A stretch of DNA of 64,000 bases from Selaginella moellendorffii (taxonomy: Eukaryota > Plantae > Lycopodiophyta). Positions 11,103 to 25,330 of the stretch are shown piece by piece. The DNA lies in contig NW_003314268.1 of NCBI RefSeq assembly GCF_000143415.4, positions 2,372,494 through 2,436,493 on the forward strand. Direction: 5' to 3'. The stretch's first letter is position 1; every line of letters starts with the position of its first letter. The notes under the pieces were generated by a model that was not told the origin of the DNA, did not search any database, and worked only from the letters and a program-made list of their open reading frames with translations. The position numbers and the translations under genes are program-made.

Positions 11103-14100
11103 ATGGCGCTCTCCAACGTTGGGATGCCGCAGGCCTCGACGCGGATCTACAAGGAGGAGTGCTGCCTCACGTTCGACACGCCGGTAAGAATCATCCTCGT
11201 AGCCTGGATTATGAGCTCTTTCTCCAGAAATCCGATGGAGGCCTGTTCGTGGATCTCACATCGTTTCTGGCGTTCGGTCGCGAGCAAGCAATGTGGAATT
11301 TCAAGAAAACCGGGAGTTCGGTCTATCTCCATATCAAGCACACGCTGAAAGAATCCGACGAGGAGGATGATCGCCCTCACAAGAAACCCACGCTTCTCGC
11401 GATAGGTATGAAGATCCTTTTGGTTTTTCTTCTCTTACTGTGCTTCTTCTTTTGCTATCAGGAGTCGAGGGTGGCTTTGAAACTAAGGAGCCGGAGTATG
11501 ACGAGACTTTGAGCATCGTGATACTCCCGGATTACCAAACTCTACCGCTATCCAGTGCCGAGCTTCCAGAGAAGGTGTGCATGCGAACTTAAAGTTCTTG
11601 GTTTGGCTGCTTGAGAACTTTTGGTTTGTCAGGTCAGATTGTGCGTGGACGCCGTCGTCCAATCTGTGGGTGCCGAGCGGAAGGAGCAAGTCTCTGCTTG
11701 GACTGCTGATAAGAAGCAATTGAGCATCTACGCACAGAGCTTGCAGCAGCTAAACAACGGTGTACGCGTTCCTCCAAGCGGATGGAAGTGCCAGAGATGT
11801 GATAAGCAAGAGAATCTTTGGCTCAACCTCACTGACGGATCCATTCTCTGCGGGCGACGGAACTTTGATGGCACGGGAGGAAACAACCACGCCTTGGAGC
11901 ATTATGCCAATGTGAAGTATCCTCTAGCCGTGAAGCTTGGTACCATAACAGCAGACTTGGAAACTGCAGGTAAAAATTAAGTCCGTCCTCTTTCTTTTTC
12001 TTTTTTCTTTTTCAGGCTGACCTTTTGTCTTTGCAACGTAGACGTTTTCTCATATGCCGAGGACGATACTGTGACCGATCCCTTGCTTGCACAACACTTG
12101 GCACACTTCGGCATAAACTTTGCGGCACTAAAGAAGGTCTTTATGTCTACCGTTCTTTTTCTTCTTTGGCTAAGTTCTTTTCATGCTACTACCAGACGGA
12201 AATGACTACGGCTGAAAGAGAGTTGGATCAAAACGTAAATTTCGATTGGAATCGCATTCAAGAAAAGGGAAAGGAGCTAGAGCCGTTATTTGGCCCAGGG
12301 TTCACGGGGCTTGTGAACTTAGGAAACAGGTATGGAACTTTGACGTTTGTTTGTGTGCCCTCGCTGATCCCAGTGGCAGCTGCTACTTGGCATCAGTTTT
12401 ACAGATCATCTTTGCAACTCGGGATTTTCAGCTGCGGTAAGTCTTTTTCGCATTTAGTTTAGCTAAAGATTTTGGATCTAGATACTACGGTAATCTCAAG
12501 CTGGACGACGCGTTCCAGCTAGCTGCCGCAGATCCAACTCAGGATTTGAACACGCAGCTGTAAGTAAAGGAAGCTTTGCGCAATAAACTAAGAATGTTCT
12601 TCTGAAAGGTCCAAACTAGGCCATGGTTTGCTATCTGGCAAATATTCAGAACAACCCGAGGTATTGGCCATTCGTCCTCATAAAAACTTGTAACTCTTTG
12701 CGCGCAGGTTCAGGGCGTCACTGATAAGGAGGTGGCTAACCAGGTTTGTCTTTTTGTTGTACTGCCTGTTTTCCTCACTATTTAGATGTTCAGTTTCAGA
12801 AAGGGATACCGCCACGAATGTTCAAATCATTAATTGGCGCTGGTCACCCTGAGTTTGCGAGTTCTAGACAGCAGGTACATTGATTTACATATATGAGTTT
12901 TTGAGGATTTAATACGGCAAGGGCAGGATGCATTTGAATTCTTCCAATATTTTTTGGAGCAAGTTGAGCGTGAAAATGTTGCAAACCCAAACGAAGACCC
13001 GTCCCGTTGTTTCAAGTTTCTGGTTGAGGAGCGAATTGTTTGCTGTTCCTCGGGGAAGGTGAAGTATACAAAACGCGTGGACAATGCATTGTCGCTTACA
13101 CTTCCTTTGGATGCTGCAACTAACAGAGGTTTCGTTTATTCTGTTTGCTTTTAATCGAGAGCTAAATTTATTTTGCAGATGAGGTTGCAGCATATGAAAA
13201 GATCACGTCGGAGGGTGGGAATTCTGGAGAAAAAATGTAAGATATTTTTCTGTTTCGTGCCGATTCCTCACTCACATAAATTTTCAGAGAGGTTGTACGA
13301 CCAAGAATTCCCTTGTCAGCATGCTTGGATAGATTTGCTGCCCCTGACGAGGTGGAGTTCTACAGTACTGCCGTAAACGCAAGAACTACAGCTCTCAAGT
13401 AAGGAACGCAAATAGACATAGTTTGTTGTTCAGATGCTGTCCGTTTTGTAGAATGACAAGTTTGGCGACGTTTCCAACATACCTTCTTCTGCACATGCGT
13501 AAATTCCAGTTGGATGCTTCATGGGTTCCTAAAAAACTTGGTATACTTCTACTTAACTTTTTTCCAATCCTTTTTATTCTTCTTTTCGTTCTGAAGATGT
13601 CTTCCTGGACGTTCCGGACACCATCGATATCAGTCATATGCGTGGCAAGGGACTCCAACCCGGCGAGGAGTTGCTTCCTGAAGCAGGTTTTCGAAGCTCT
13701 TAACTTTGGCTCTATTTTCTAATTATCTTGTACAGATGATGAAGCCGAGGGACCTGTAGCTGACGAGGCTATAGTCTCGCAACTGATGGACATGGGATTT
13801 CCTCGCGTTCGCTGCGAGAAGGCCGCGATTTTTACGTCCAACCACGGAGCAGAACCGGCAATGGAGTGGCTGTTGTCTCACATGGACGATCCTGGTAATT
13901 AAACTTGAAATACAATTCTGGTGATTTTGCTGCTTTTACTGGCAGATATCGACGTGCCTTACAGCCACAGCTCATCCAACGCCAACGTGGACGAGAACGC
14001 TGTGCAGGCCCTGGTTGCGTTGGGCTTTTCTGCCGATCTTGCTCGGAAGGCTCTCAGAGCGACGGTAACGTCCGTTTCTCTTCCTCAGTCCAGGATAGTA

Positions 14101-14489
14101 ATGAAACAATATCTGTGAAAGCAGGGCGGTCGCACGGAGGATGCAGCAGAGTGGATCTTCAGTAATTCTGACGATGCCAATGCGATGGAGCTTGATGTAG
14201 GAGGTTCGAGCACTCCCTCATCCTCGGTTCCACACGACTTGCCGGATGGCTCTGGAAGTAAGTTTCTTGTGGTATGGTATTCCTGGCTCTAGCTTATGTC
14301 TTGGTGGATTGGACAGAGTACAAGCTAATGGGCTTTGTGAGCCATATGGGATCTTCAACACTGTGTGGCCACTACGTTGCCCATATTCTGAAGGAAGGGC
14401 GATGGGTGATTTTCAACGACGCTAAAGTGGCACTCTCGGGTGATCCTCCCAAGGACATGGGCTACCTCTACGTCTTCCAACGTGTCTAG
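11103..14489 (+). CDS. UBP14: Ubiquitin-specific protease 14 (USP5/isopeptidase T type: ZnF-UBP, Cys box, two UBA domains, His box)
   Basis: NLWLNLTDGSILCGR, YPLAVKLGTIT, GLVNLGNSCY, QQDAFEFF, MGFPRVRCEKA (UBA) and SHMGSSTLCGHYVAHI...WVIFND. Confidence 0.95.
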
Positions 14490-14545
14490 ACTTTTTCTTC
14501 ATTGGTAAAAGGAGAGAAACGTTTCTTGTATTTTCTTTCTGAATT

Positions 14546-14584
14546 TTTTTTTTCTTTTTTTCTTTTTTTTTTTTTTTTTTTTTG
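14546..14584 (+). repeat. Poly-T tract in the UBP14 3' region
   Basis: About 39 nt of nearly pure T. Confidence 0.8.
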
Positions 14585-15039
14585 CATCCCTCGCTCACGT
14601 GTTTACGTGAACGCAAATGGAAGCTACTTTCATTCGACTGTTTTCTTATGTTCTGTCCCTGTTTTCTGCATTTCTGATTCTCTTTATTTGTGGCTTCACC
14701 ATGGCATTCGAAATGCAATATCATCGAAAGGCAAAAAGTCTGTTTAGAGAGAGAGTTTTTCATACGACAAGAGAATTCTAGGACTGCCTCACTTGTCTCT
14801 GGTGTGTGGCCTTTCACTCGGTGGAGGAGAAACTGTGCTATTGTCGAGTTCACTAAAGAATTGTAGACTGGAAGAGGAGAAAGACTGTAGATCTGGTCAT
14901 GGCATTAGGATGTTTTAGCAGGGCCTTGATAATGCAAAGCATGTACGTGCCAATGAAACGATTTTTAAACACAAGAATTATGGAATTAATTTATGTTCAT
15001 TTAAATTGCACCAAACAGGGAATTTCTTCGAGTCTGGCT

Positions 15040-15982
15040 ATGTCCCGAGCTCCTCTACAAATGGCGGCTGTCCTGGAATGGGCACTTGGGCAACGCAGCC
15101 AGCAGCACTTCTCCGCACAAAAATCGCCAACTGTAAGGGCAGCAGCTGGAGATAAGAGCTCGCTATCGTTTTGCAGGCGGAGAATCAGCATTGCGATTTG
15201 CATCGCGACTCTGGCACCGAGGATTGAGGTAGCTTTTGCTCGGGGAAGGAACAAAAAGGTGATTCCCATCGAAGACTACAAAACCACTGGTAGGCACCCA
15301 TTGTTCCTTCTTTCCTTCTGCTTATGCTAGAGAGCGAACTTCGACCGCACAGCTGACGGTCTAAAGTATTACGACGTTCTCGAAGGCAGTGGTCCTGTTG
15401 CTGTCAAAGGCGAGACTGTAGTAGTACGTTCTCAAGCTTGATAGATTACCGGGGATCAAAGATAAGACTTGGCAGGTTCACTTTGATTGCTTGTACCGTG
15501 GAATAGACGCCGTCTCTAGTCGAGAAGCAAAACTCCTGGGTGGGAATCGAATTATAGCTCAGGTGAAGTAAGATCGAACAGAAAAAAAAAGCTGGTCCTT
15601 TAACCTTTCGTTTCTCTCTTTCCAGCCTTACGAGCTTATCGTAGGATCTGTTCCCGGCAGAGAACGAAAGCGAGAGTTTGTAGACAATGCCAATGGCCTC
15701 TTCTCGGCCCAGGCCTCGCCAAAGCCGCCTCCGGCGCTCTACACAGTCGTCGAAGGCATGCGTGTCGGAGGCAAGGTAGAGAAAATTTGTTTATTTTTCT
15801 TTGCTCATCTTCGCCTCACTGGCAGAGAACTGTGATCGTCACCCCTGATGTCGGCTATGGAGATAGAGGGATGAACGAAATTCCTGTAAGCTTTTCTCGA
15901 GATCTCTAGAAGACACTGACTTTGGTTGCAGCCAAAAGCCACATTTGACATGAGCGTAGAGTTGCTGGAGCTGAAAAAGTAG
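15040..15982 (+). CDS. FKBP18: Thylakoid-lumen FKBP-type PPIase, FKBP18-like
   Basis: Twin-Arg signal RRRISIAICIATLAPRIEVAFA, then GLKYYDVLEGSGPVA, VHFDCLYR, ERKREFVDNANGLFSAQASPKPPPA and EGMRVGGKRTVIV. The start is ATG 15040 or 15061; stop is at 15980-15982. Confidence 0.88.
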
Positions 15983-16031
15983 GCGCTACAAATAAGTCAA
16001 CCAAGGAACTATTCTAAAGCAAGTAATACGT

Positions 16032-17204
16032 TCACAAGTAACGATCAAGGTAGGCGTCCACAGTCGTGTAGCTTACGTCGGGGTAGAGCTCTCCCGTGTC
16101 TCGCCCGTCCGGGCCTATCTCAAACATCAGGTCCCCTCGGTAAAATATCTGATAGAAGTGTGCAAGGGCCGCTCTCTCCGGCAAAGAAGCCTTCTCTGCA
16201 TGTATACACGGCGTTGAGGAAATGAAAGAAGAATTTTGTATTGGAATTGCTTCTCTCTTACCGTTGCTTATCATGCTCATGAACTCCTCTTCAAGCAAGG
16301 TGTGCTTCTCGAGCGTTTTGCCGATCTTCTTCTCCCACAGCTGGAGGACTTCGTTCAAGGAGAGTATGTTCTTCGGTGGCCGGATGTACACAGACGTGTT
16401 TAGAGTCCGCGGATCCTCGGCGGCTTTGAGCACAAAAGTCCCGACGTCGTTCTCGTCCACCCAAATCACTGAGGCAGAAAACAAGGAGAAAAATCTACGT
16501 CGCGTCTCGTGTGGTGTGTAGTACCTTTCGCATTTCCCTCACCGTAGACGACAGCTGTGTCTCGAGGAGGAAAGAAGCGGCCGAACTGTGCGATGCCAGA
16601 GAGGAAGTAACCAGCGAAGCAATTCGCGGAGACGTACGTGTGTGGGATTTGTGCCGCTTCGATGGCCCTCCGAATTTTCATCTTGTCCATGAAAACTTTG
16701 TTCCCCGGAGCGATTGCGTGATCCATGAGCCCGGGATCCATTCCAAACTCCGAAGGTAAGAACCTCTGCAACAAGTCGCGATAAAATCGGGAAGAAAAAG
16801 TAAAACGGCTAGAGAAATTGTCACCTTGATTGTCCCAACTTGCTTGATAGCCTGAATGAGCTTCACTTGGTCATTCAAATTCTTTTCTGCTATGCTGCAA
16901 ATGACAATATCGACCAGCTTTAAAGCCTCCACGAGCTTCTTTTCGTCAGTCACAGATCCCTGGAGAAAACAAAACGCTTTAAAAATACAAAAGGGAGATA
17001 TGAGAATCGACTTGCCTCGACGAGTGTTGCTCCGGCGCTCTTGAAGCCAATTACCATGGCAGCCTTGTCCACATCACTTGCAACCTCTGGGCGGACAAGC
17101 AGATAAGTCGGATAGCCGAGACGAATGCTGGCGTTTGTAATGAACCTCCCGATGTAGCCAGTGCACCCGATGATGAGAACTCGAGGCTTGCTGGAGGCAG
17201 CCAT
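16032..17204 (-). CDS. PIP-family reductase, pinoresinol-lariciresinol reductase-like
   Basis: GCTGYIG NADPH motif, RFLPSEFGMDP, KMKIRRAIE, YVSANCFAGYF and DPRTLN. The first intron is GC-AG (16960-17015). Confidence 0.88.
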
Positions 17205-17455
17205 CGCAAGTTCCCAAGAAGACTCTGCAGTTCAGGTAATCCTATAAAAAGAATGAGCCTTCTGTGAGTTTGAGCTTGGCACCTTCTATTAGCAGCTTTA
17301 TTCTAGACAAAAAGTTACATTTCATAGAAGCCTGCACAACAAACACAACGGTCACCAACCATTCAAATTGAAAGTGAACAGAATCATCTTACGTTTTTCG
17401 AGCTGGAGAAGATCGAAGATAATCGAAACAGTTGACTTGAAAATGAGACAATACC

Positions 17456-20050
17456 TTAACTCCCTCTCAGTCCAGACATGTGCTTCTTCAAGGACAAGTC
17501 CTTTTTGTTGTGGTTCTTTTTGGTCGCAAACTGCGGCCTGTATGGTGGCTTTCCCCTTTCCCCGTGAGCACGATGTTGCGTTGCAGCAGAGGTACCCTTC
17601 GCTGTCTCCTTGTCATCTTCTCCTCCGTCATCTTCTTCCTTGTCATCTTCACCATCAGAATTTGCGGGAACGTTACCACCCCGACCAAGCCCGTAGATGA
17701 GTCCCTCCTCCTGCTTTTTCAAGGCCTCCGCTTCTTCCAGACTCGAGACTGCCACGGCGCCAGCGACTTTGTAGTTGTAGTGCTTCCCGTCTTTAACAAA
17801 GAATCGTGACGCTTCCTGCTTTCGTTGCGGCCTTCCAGACGGTTCTTGTTTCTGGCTCGCAGAGAAAGGCTTGGCTTTTTGTCCGTCCTCCAAAGAATCT
17901 GAAGAAAGTTTTGTGCGGGAAAACAGATTCACCAGGCTGTCTGTCTCGAGACCCGCCTCCGCCACGTTCGTATCAAGGTCGTCAAAAGAATCGTCATACT
18001 CGTCTTCATACATCAGCTGCATTGCTAGCTTTGCCGTCTGATTGGACGTGCCGGCATCTCGTTCGTCAAGAATGGTGGCTGCATCGTCGTCCCTGTTTTG
18101 TCTCTTTCTTACGAACCGCCCCTGTGCTTTGCTTGCTTGGTTTTCGACAGCTTTCCCTTTCCCTTTCGCATCGACGTTGCTTCTATCTTCTTTCTTTGAG
18201 TCGACGAGCTTCCCTTTACCTTTTTTCGGTGTGGAGGTCAGGTCGGGGTGAATAGTGCCTTCCAAAATATGCTGAATAACGATCTCGGGATTGCTGTCGT
18301 ACACCTCAAGGCATGCTGAAAGGAACGCGTCATCGTAGTCAGGGAGCAAGTCTTTGATCTGACTGATATGTGACTGACGAATAGCGTCCTCTTCATCCTT
18401 TTCGTGAGAAACACTGACTGGTGGCTTTCTGTCTTCAACAAAATTTGTCGAAGGCATATCAGGTAGCAAAGCAAGTAACTGGGCATATTGGCCATCATCG
18501 AGAACAATTGAGCCTTGATAAGAAAGAAGAGCAACGGGTCAGGAAAGACAATGCATAAACTAAGCACGTACCTTCTTGAAGAAGCCTATGAACGTTCCCA
18601 GACAAGTCAAACATGTTGGATAGGGAATGTATTAAACTAGCTCCGTCGCTGCCGAATGAAAGGCCAATCAGCGCGTCCACAAAGACCTCTCCATTGGCTT
18701 TGGAATCCATCCGAGTCGTTGTATCTCCAAAGAAGGAATTGAAAAGAAGGCTCCAGGCAAAATGCACAAGCTCCCGTTGGAGTGTGTCCAGATATCGAGA
18801 AAGCTCTTCTCCAATAGATTGTTTCCTTACTGACGGCAGCAGCGAGTTGTAGACACACGATAAAGAGAACATTAGACTCTTGTCTCTACTGCACATAAAA
18901 ATAACTATTAGCAAACAGAAAGAGTGAAACCTCGGCTTACGCAGGCTCTGCCGACAAGAAAAAACCCGCTGCAGGAGGATAAATCTCAACAAAAGCGTTT
19001 AGTGTCATCACTGTATCGTGCAATAAGACTACAGCCTGTTACAATCAGTGTGAGTGGACAAAAGAGGACCAATGGCAAACCACTCAAACCTCCATAAGCT
19101 CGTCCTTGAATTCTGAGTTGGATTTGTTGGTTGAATGTCCAATGCTCTAGAGAATACGAGTCAGCCAATCACATCAAGCATGCAAATCATACCTCGAGAG
19201 TGCGCTTATTAACTCCATCGATCGTAGCAAGGACTTGACGAGCAACGTCAGAAAGGGTCTGCAAATACGAAGGCTGGAACTTCAATACGGTACTAACCTT
19301 CAAACAAAATTCACTTTCAGAACACACAAAATGAAACTCAGAGTCCAGATTTACAGTACCAATCTCCGCGTCAACTCCGGATTGTCGTGTCCATAGATCG
19401 CGCAAACATTCAAGAGCTTTGCCACATTAAACTTGTCCTCCACACGAAACTTAGCTATCAAAAACTACAAACGCTTGTATCGACCAAAGGCAGAAGAAAG
19501 CACATACATACCTGCACTAATCCTGGACAAACCAGGATCTTCGTCAGAGCACCTGGTTGATCCAATCGAGAGTGAAAGAAGAAGATGACATTTGAGCTTA
19601 CATCCGGAGAAGCACCATAAAAACTCGTCGGCTCAGATCGTCTTCTCCAGGCACCACTCCGCCAGTCGGATGAAGATCGTACCATCGCCTTCGATAAAGC
19701 AAGTAGCTTTCTAGAAACTCATGCAAAGACTCATTCGCAGTAACTAAAGCAAGGAAATAAAAAAACAACAAAGCGTCAGTCACAAAATGCAGCAAAAAAT
19801 CCATACCTTCTTCCCAAAACTCCCGCGCCTTCATTCTCAAAAGCCGGCTGAGCTCTGCGTTGAGAAAATCGATAATCTCTAGCGCTTGCGAGGAATTCGC
19901 CTCATCCTGCGGCAAATACGCTACAAACACCAACCCCGGCTTGCAATACCTGCCATTCTCGGATAAATCCGAAGGCCTCGTCGCCGGATCCCTCGCCTTC
20001 CACTCCATCGCCGGCGAGTTCCTCGCCTGGTACTGCCGGCGCTGCGCCAT
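17456..20050 (-). CDS. ASCC2: Activating signal cointegrator 1 complex subunit 2 (CUE domain)
   Basis: N-terminal FVAYLPQDE...FLESYL...RRVFMVLLRM, CUE domain ISQIKDLLPDYDDAFLSACLEVYDSNPEIVIQHILEG, and YEDEYDDSFDD. Confidence 0.88.
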
Positions 20051-20896
20051 CGTTGGCTTAAACCCTAAAACGAATATATTCTCCTTTCTTGTTGTACTCT
20101 AATTGAATAAAAAAGGAAAGCCACCCTTTATAAATATACGTACACTAAACATTGCCCAGCATAAGTTTTTGATTGACATATTATCAATAATCTCTTGCTG
20201 GATTTCTAGGATAACATCTAAATCCATGCACTTGTTCTTGTGTATAGCAAAGTATTAAGCCTGCAGGAAATACTTTTTAAATTACAAAACATTTCATGAT
20301 ATCCTCACAACCTAAATCCTTGCCATTCCCATAACTTGCCATTGTTTATATCAAATATCTTGCACAATATGGGGTAATATTGTCCCCTTGTAAGATGACA
20401 TTTAATAGACTCTTACAATCAATTTTATATTCACATCTTGAAATTGCAAATTGGATATCAAGTTTGAGTTGGAGCAAGTAAAAGAGTTTAGCCAAGGGTT
20501 AGCCAAGGGTTGAAAAGCATAGTATACACATATTGTTCAGGCTTGGATCACTTTCTCCTTCCTTAAAGTGTTGGTATAAAGCTTAAGAACCTGTGTCATA
20601 ATGGCTCCTCTTGAGCATAAAACATGGTGTTAGTTATTCATGGATTTAGCTAAATGTGAGGTAATTAGGAAAAACAAGTGCAATAGCATCACCCTAGGAC
20701 ATTATTTTGGCTTGAGCTGGCAATCTTGTTTACTATTCCACTACCAAGTAATTAGTAACTCAAAAAACTACTCATAAGTTTTTATAAAGATTGACATACA
20801 CATTATGATCACTAGTTATCACAAATGTGATTGTAGATATTAAAAGTTATCTATTAGTGAATTTCATATATTCTTTTTGTATTACCATGATGGTAA

Positions 20897-21037
20897 TGTA
20901 AGCAACCAAAGAGAATGACTCAAAATATGATTTGTTCGGGTTCAAATATAGAGGGAAAAACCCCATGAACAAGAGTGCACCCCCTTTTTTAATAGGTCAA
21001 AAGTCTTAGGGTTATGTGTCCTTGGTTTTATATAACA
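20897..21037 (+). mobile_element. Decayed copy of the 5S-type (Cassandra-like) LTR family, lacking the 5S core
   Basis: TGTAAGCAACCAAAG...GGGTTCAAATATAGAGGGAAA...CATGAACAAGAGTGCACCCCCTTTT matches the reverse complement of 40138-40331. Confidence 0.7.
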
Positions 21038-22018
21038 TATTTAGTTTTCACTCTTTATTCTATGGTGATTTATTATAGGATAACCATAAAGTAGAACTTA
21101 AACCCTTTATATGCCATGTGTTACATACTATATGCCATATGCTATATGTCAAAGGATAGTGGAGTGGAACTCAAATTTCAAGGCATTAAACTATTAAATA
21201 AAGGGATAGAGCCAAACTCTTAAGCATGGAGCTAAAGAGCAAAGGTGACTCCCAAGCATACAACCCAAGAAGTGAAAGAACAAAAGTATAAAGCAATTTG
21301 GAATAGATTTAGAGCATCTAATATCTTAATGCTAGGATCAGTATGCAAAATATTGTCTAGTGCTATTTTAGTATACCAATGGCTTAAGATGAGGGTATGA
21401 GTATTCCACCAGCTAACATGGTGTAGAACTTGGGTTTAGACCTAAGCCAAATGTAAAACAAAGACAGATAAGCAAACAAGAGTTATAATATGCTTTAGGT
21501 TGGTCGGCCATGCCTGACCTACTTATTATTATCCCTATTGTACATTTGGAATCCCCCACAAGCCCCCCCTACCCCACCATGCTTTGAGCTTTCACCCTTA
21601 GCCACCCATAGTACTAAGAGTTAGTTTTTCGGAAGATATGCTAAATTAACAGATCTAGACACTTTTTATAAATAATAATTTGGACCTGAATAGGACTAAC
21701 ACAAAGGGCATGATAGCAAGGGTGTTTAGCAAACACAATAAGCTATCATTTAGCAAATATTGAGGGATCCGGGCCAAATATATTTAGCTAAATAGACCCT
21801 TAAGAATTCCTTTTTTATGCTCCTTTGGCCAAGTATTGGTGTTAAGTCAAATTTACTAACACTTAAATAAGAGGGACTGATAAAGGGTCTACAATACTGA
21901 CTTCTTGCCATAGTAGTAGTAAGGAAAGAATATATGAAAGGACTATCTAATAAATAACTTTCGATACCCACAATCACATTCGTGAAAATTTAAATAATAC
22001 TAAGCTATGTGACCTCTC

Positions 22019-22177
22019 TGTAAGCTTCTGAATTTCAAACCCAAAGACACTTAACCCTAAGTATCTCAAAACCCTTAACCTATTGGAAAAGGGGGTGCAC
22101 TCTTATTTATTGGCTCTTTCCCTATATATTTGAACCCCATCGATCATCTCTTAAATCATTCTGTTTGGTTACTTACA
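22019..22177 (-). mobile_element. Solo-LTR-like decayed copy of the same family; keeps only the A-box-like part of the 5S core
   Basis: TGTAAG...CTTACA termini. AAAACCCTTAACC.ATTGGAAAAGGGGGTGCACTCTT aligns colinearly with 40138-40331. Confidence 0.75.
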
Positions 22178-22392
22178 CTTTTGGGAAGTTCAAATTTAAA
22201 AAATTACAAGTATGAGATCAATATTACTAAACCCTTTATTAAACCTTTTTGTGCTAGTGGAGTTAATTGAGCATTTTGAGTGTGTTTAGACTAGATATGA
22301 TAACTTACCATATCTGACAAAACACCCTTGCTATCATGTGCTATGTGTTAGTCCCATTGCTATTTATGGAAAGTGTTTAATTAGGCATATCT

Positions 22393-22492
22393 NNNNNNNN
22401 NNNNNNNNNNNNNNNNNNNNNNNNNNNNNNNNNNNNNNNNNNNNNNNNNNNNNNNNNNNNNNNNNNNNNNNNNNNNNNNNNNNNNNNNNNNN
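22393..22492. other. Assembly gap (100 N)
   Basis: Run of 100 n characters. Confidence 0.99.
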
Positions 22493-23859
22493 AAAGTCAT
22501 AATAAAACACTATTCCATATTTAGTAAATTATCATGATTTTTTTAGAAATTAGCTTTTGGGACTGAGATGAAAGCCTAAAATGTGCTTTCATAGCATACA
22601 TAGCATTGAAAATGATAATTCAAATAAGTATATATTTAGTTGTTATGACTTCTTATAGATCCTTTAAATATAGATTTTAGTTACCTTTTCATACTATATT
22701 ATAGCTTTGGTTGGGTTTATAGGATGGATTTAAGATGTATCATTTGCATGAGTTATACTTAGGCTCATGAGTGAGGCACATTAACAACTTAAAGTTATAT
22801 TTTGATTTGACAAAATTAATGTTAGCTTACTGTGGTTATTATACACAATAATGACTATTTAAACTAATAAACTAATCCTTATAGTCTTAATTGATCCACT
22901 CATAATCATACCTAGGAAGGATCCACTAGTGCCGTGTTAAATAACTACAAACCAGTCTATTTGCCACTCATAACAAACCCAAAGGAGGTTTACTAGCATA
23001 TAGTAACAATAAACTTTTCTTGGATTAAATTAAAGGCAGTGTGAATGCAAGCTTGAGGTTTAATCAAGTTAAGATTGCAAAACATGTTATCAAAGATAAA
23101 AAATCAAACACGTAAATCATTTTCTCTTCTTGGATAAATGATTTGCAATGAGGTGTGATCTCATTGCTTGAGTTCACAACATGCAATAGTTAAATAATTA
23201 AAGTGGTATTACGTGTGGTGAGTCGTGGGATGGATAGTAGTGAAGCACTAAACCATTTTACTTAGATTTGCTAACAAAAGGATTAAGTTGCAATACTCAA
23301 TTCTTCTTTAAATTCTAAGGAAGTTGCATTTGAGATGCGGGGATTGTTTGCATATGAAATATAGTTAAACCAAACATGTTACAATAAACTAGTTCTTGAT
23401 TTAGTGGACACTAAAATCCCTAATTGGTATGGTCTTTTTTCAACTCATCCATAGCATTGGTTTTTCTATATTGCTTTAGGATGTCCCTAAAGTATGTTTT
23501 TTTCTTCCATGTTAACATTGGCTTGTGTTATATTACTAGAAGTTCCAAAACCATTATGCATTAATCTTGGATAATAGCCATCTTACTCTTTTTCACTTCT
23601 TTATATAGCTACATCACTTTATGGTAAGGGTCATGAAGATTTTTGGCTAATTGTGGGAAGCAATTGGCACTTGATGATTTTGCATAAGTCTTGGAGTTCT
23701 TGGGTATGTGAAACTCATTTTGTAATAAAATCTACTAGATATTATCTATTAAATGAGGTGATTATCCCAAATGTGTACCTTTTTCTTCACATTGCTAATG
23801 TGCTAGATTATCTAAAGAGAAGTTGTTATAAATTATATCTTACTTCTTGGTATTAGCAA

Positions 23860-25330
23860 ATGCTAATGGCTAATAAAAATATTTCCAAAATTATTTTGCA
23901 TACACTATTTAGTTTGTATGAGTTCTTGGTGATGCCATTTGGATTAAACAATGCTTTAATAATTTTTCAGTGGATGATGGATAAGGTTCTTTACAATATG
24001 CTGGAAGTGACTATTGATTTCATCAATAATGTCTTGATCCACTTTGAAGGGATGTAAGAGGAGTATATCTATAATATTTGTAAGGTGTTAGATTGGTTAT
24101 GGAAAGTTTAGTTAAAGTTACATTTAACCTAAAACTACACTTGACCTTTTATTTTGCATATAGATGCTTTTGATATAAATCTTGTGTTTTGATGCAAAAA
24201 AACATGAGTGTGCTTGGTCAATATCATCCTATTGCATACACTAGTTATTTGCATAATTCTTAAACATTATTAAAATGTAATCATGTTGTGGTTACTTCAT
24301 TATTAAAGTGGATTATACTACTTAGTGGATCCTAAAATTTTAAATATATAAATTTAAAGTTGTTCATTTCCTAGAGAGTTTTATAATTGATGCAAACACC
24401 CTTTCTTGAGCTTTTTTTCTTTTTTCACTCATTCTATTCTTGACAAGTCTATTGTTCTAGCATTAATAAAGTTTTTGAATAAGGATTCCATACTGTATTT
24501 AATATTTAGTGTCCACAAGGTGTAGAGCAAGATTTACTTTCTCTTAATAAGGTTTGTTAAGCTTAAAAAGTTGACGTATGGATTTAAAGGCTTGATGATG
24601 GGTTTGAAAATCTTACATCACTTGCTAATAACTTGTCATTTTAGCATTTACATTCTCAATATCATATTAAAGACAACCTTCTTTATTTTGTTGGGATAGA
24701 TTCTAATGATTATTTACAATTGGTGGTGTTTTTGGTCTTCATTGCATGCTTTCTCCATACCTACCATGACTTTTTTATTTTTAGCAAGCATATTAAATAT
24801 TATTTTATGATTGAGAAATTCTATAGATTTTTCTATTAACCTAAGATATGATGTTATTTGGTATGTGCATAGTTGTGTTTGGCTCATAATATTACCCTTT
24901 ATGTTGCAAAAGGATAGTTAAAGTCAATTGTAATTTCCTGTTTGTTTGAGTTGGTGGCATTTGATTTGATAGGGCATTTTTCAGGTTTGACTACTAACAA
25001 TAAGTACATCATTATTGCCTTTAACTACTTGACTCATTGGTGGAAGTTGGTGATTTTGCTAATTATTATTTACCGTCTCTTTTGTATGTATATATCATAG
25101 AGGTATAGAGTTTTATTGGTGCTTCATTCTATAAACTCTTATATGATCATGATCTAATATTGCCAATAAAGTTGAGTCTATCTTCATAATTGTTATGAGT
25201 TGATAATATTAGGTTTTGGGATCATATTTAAGCATTGGTCCAAACAAAGTTTGTTGAACACTTGGGTTACATACAAGTGGGAGAATAATGATGCTATAAT
25301 TCCCACTATTGTTCACTTGCAAAGTACAAA
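23860..25330 (+). mobile_element. Highly decayed Ty3/gypsy pol remnant (RT, RNase H, integrase traces)
   Basis: [13 protein letters not shown]...DFINNVLIH (RT), FILHIDAF (RNase H) and FELVAFDLIG...KYIIIAFNYLTHW (integrase), with many stops in AT-rich sequence. Confidence 0.75.
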
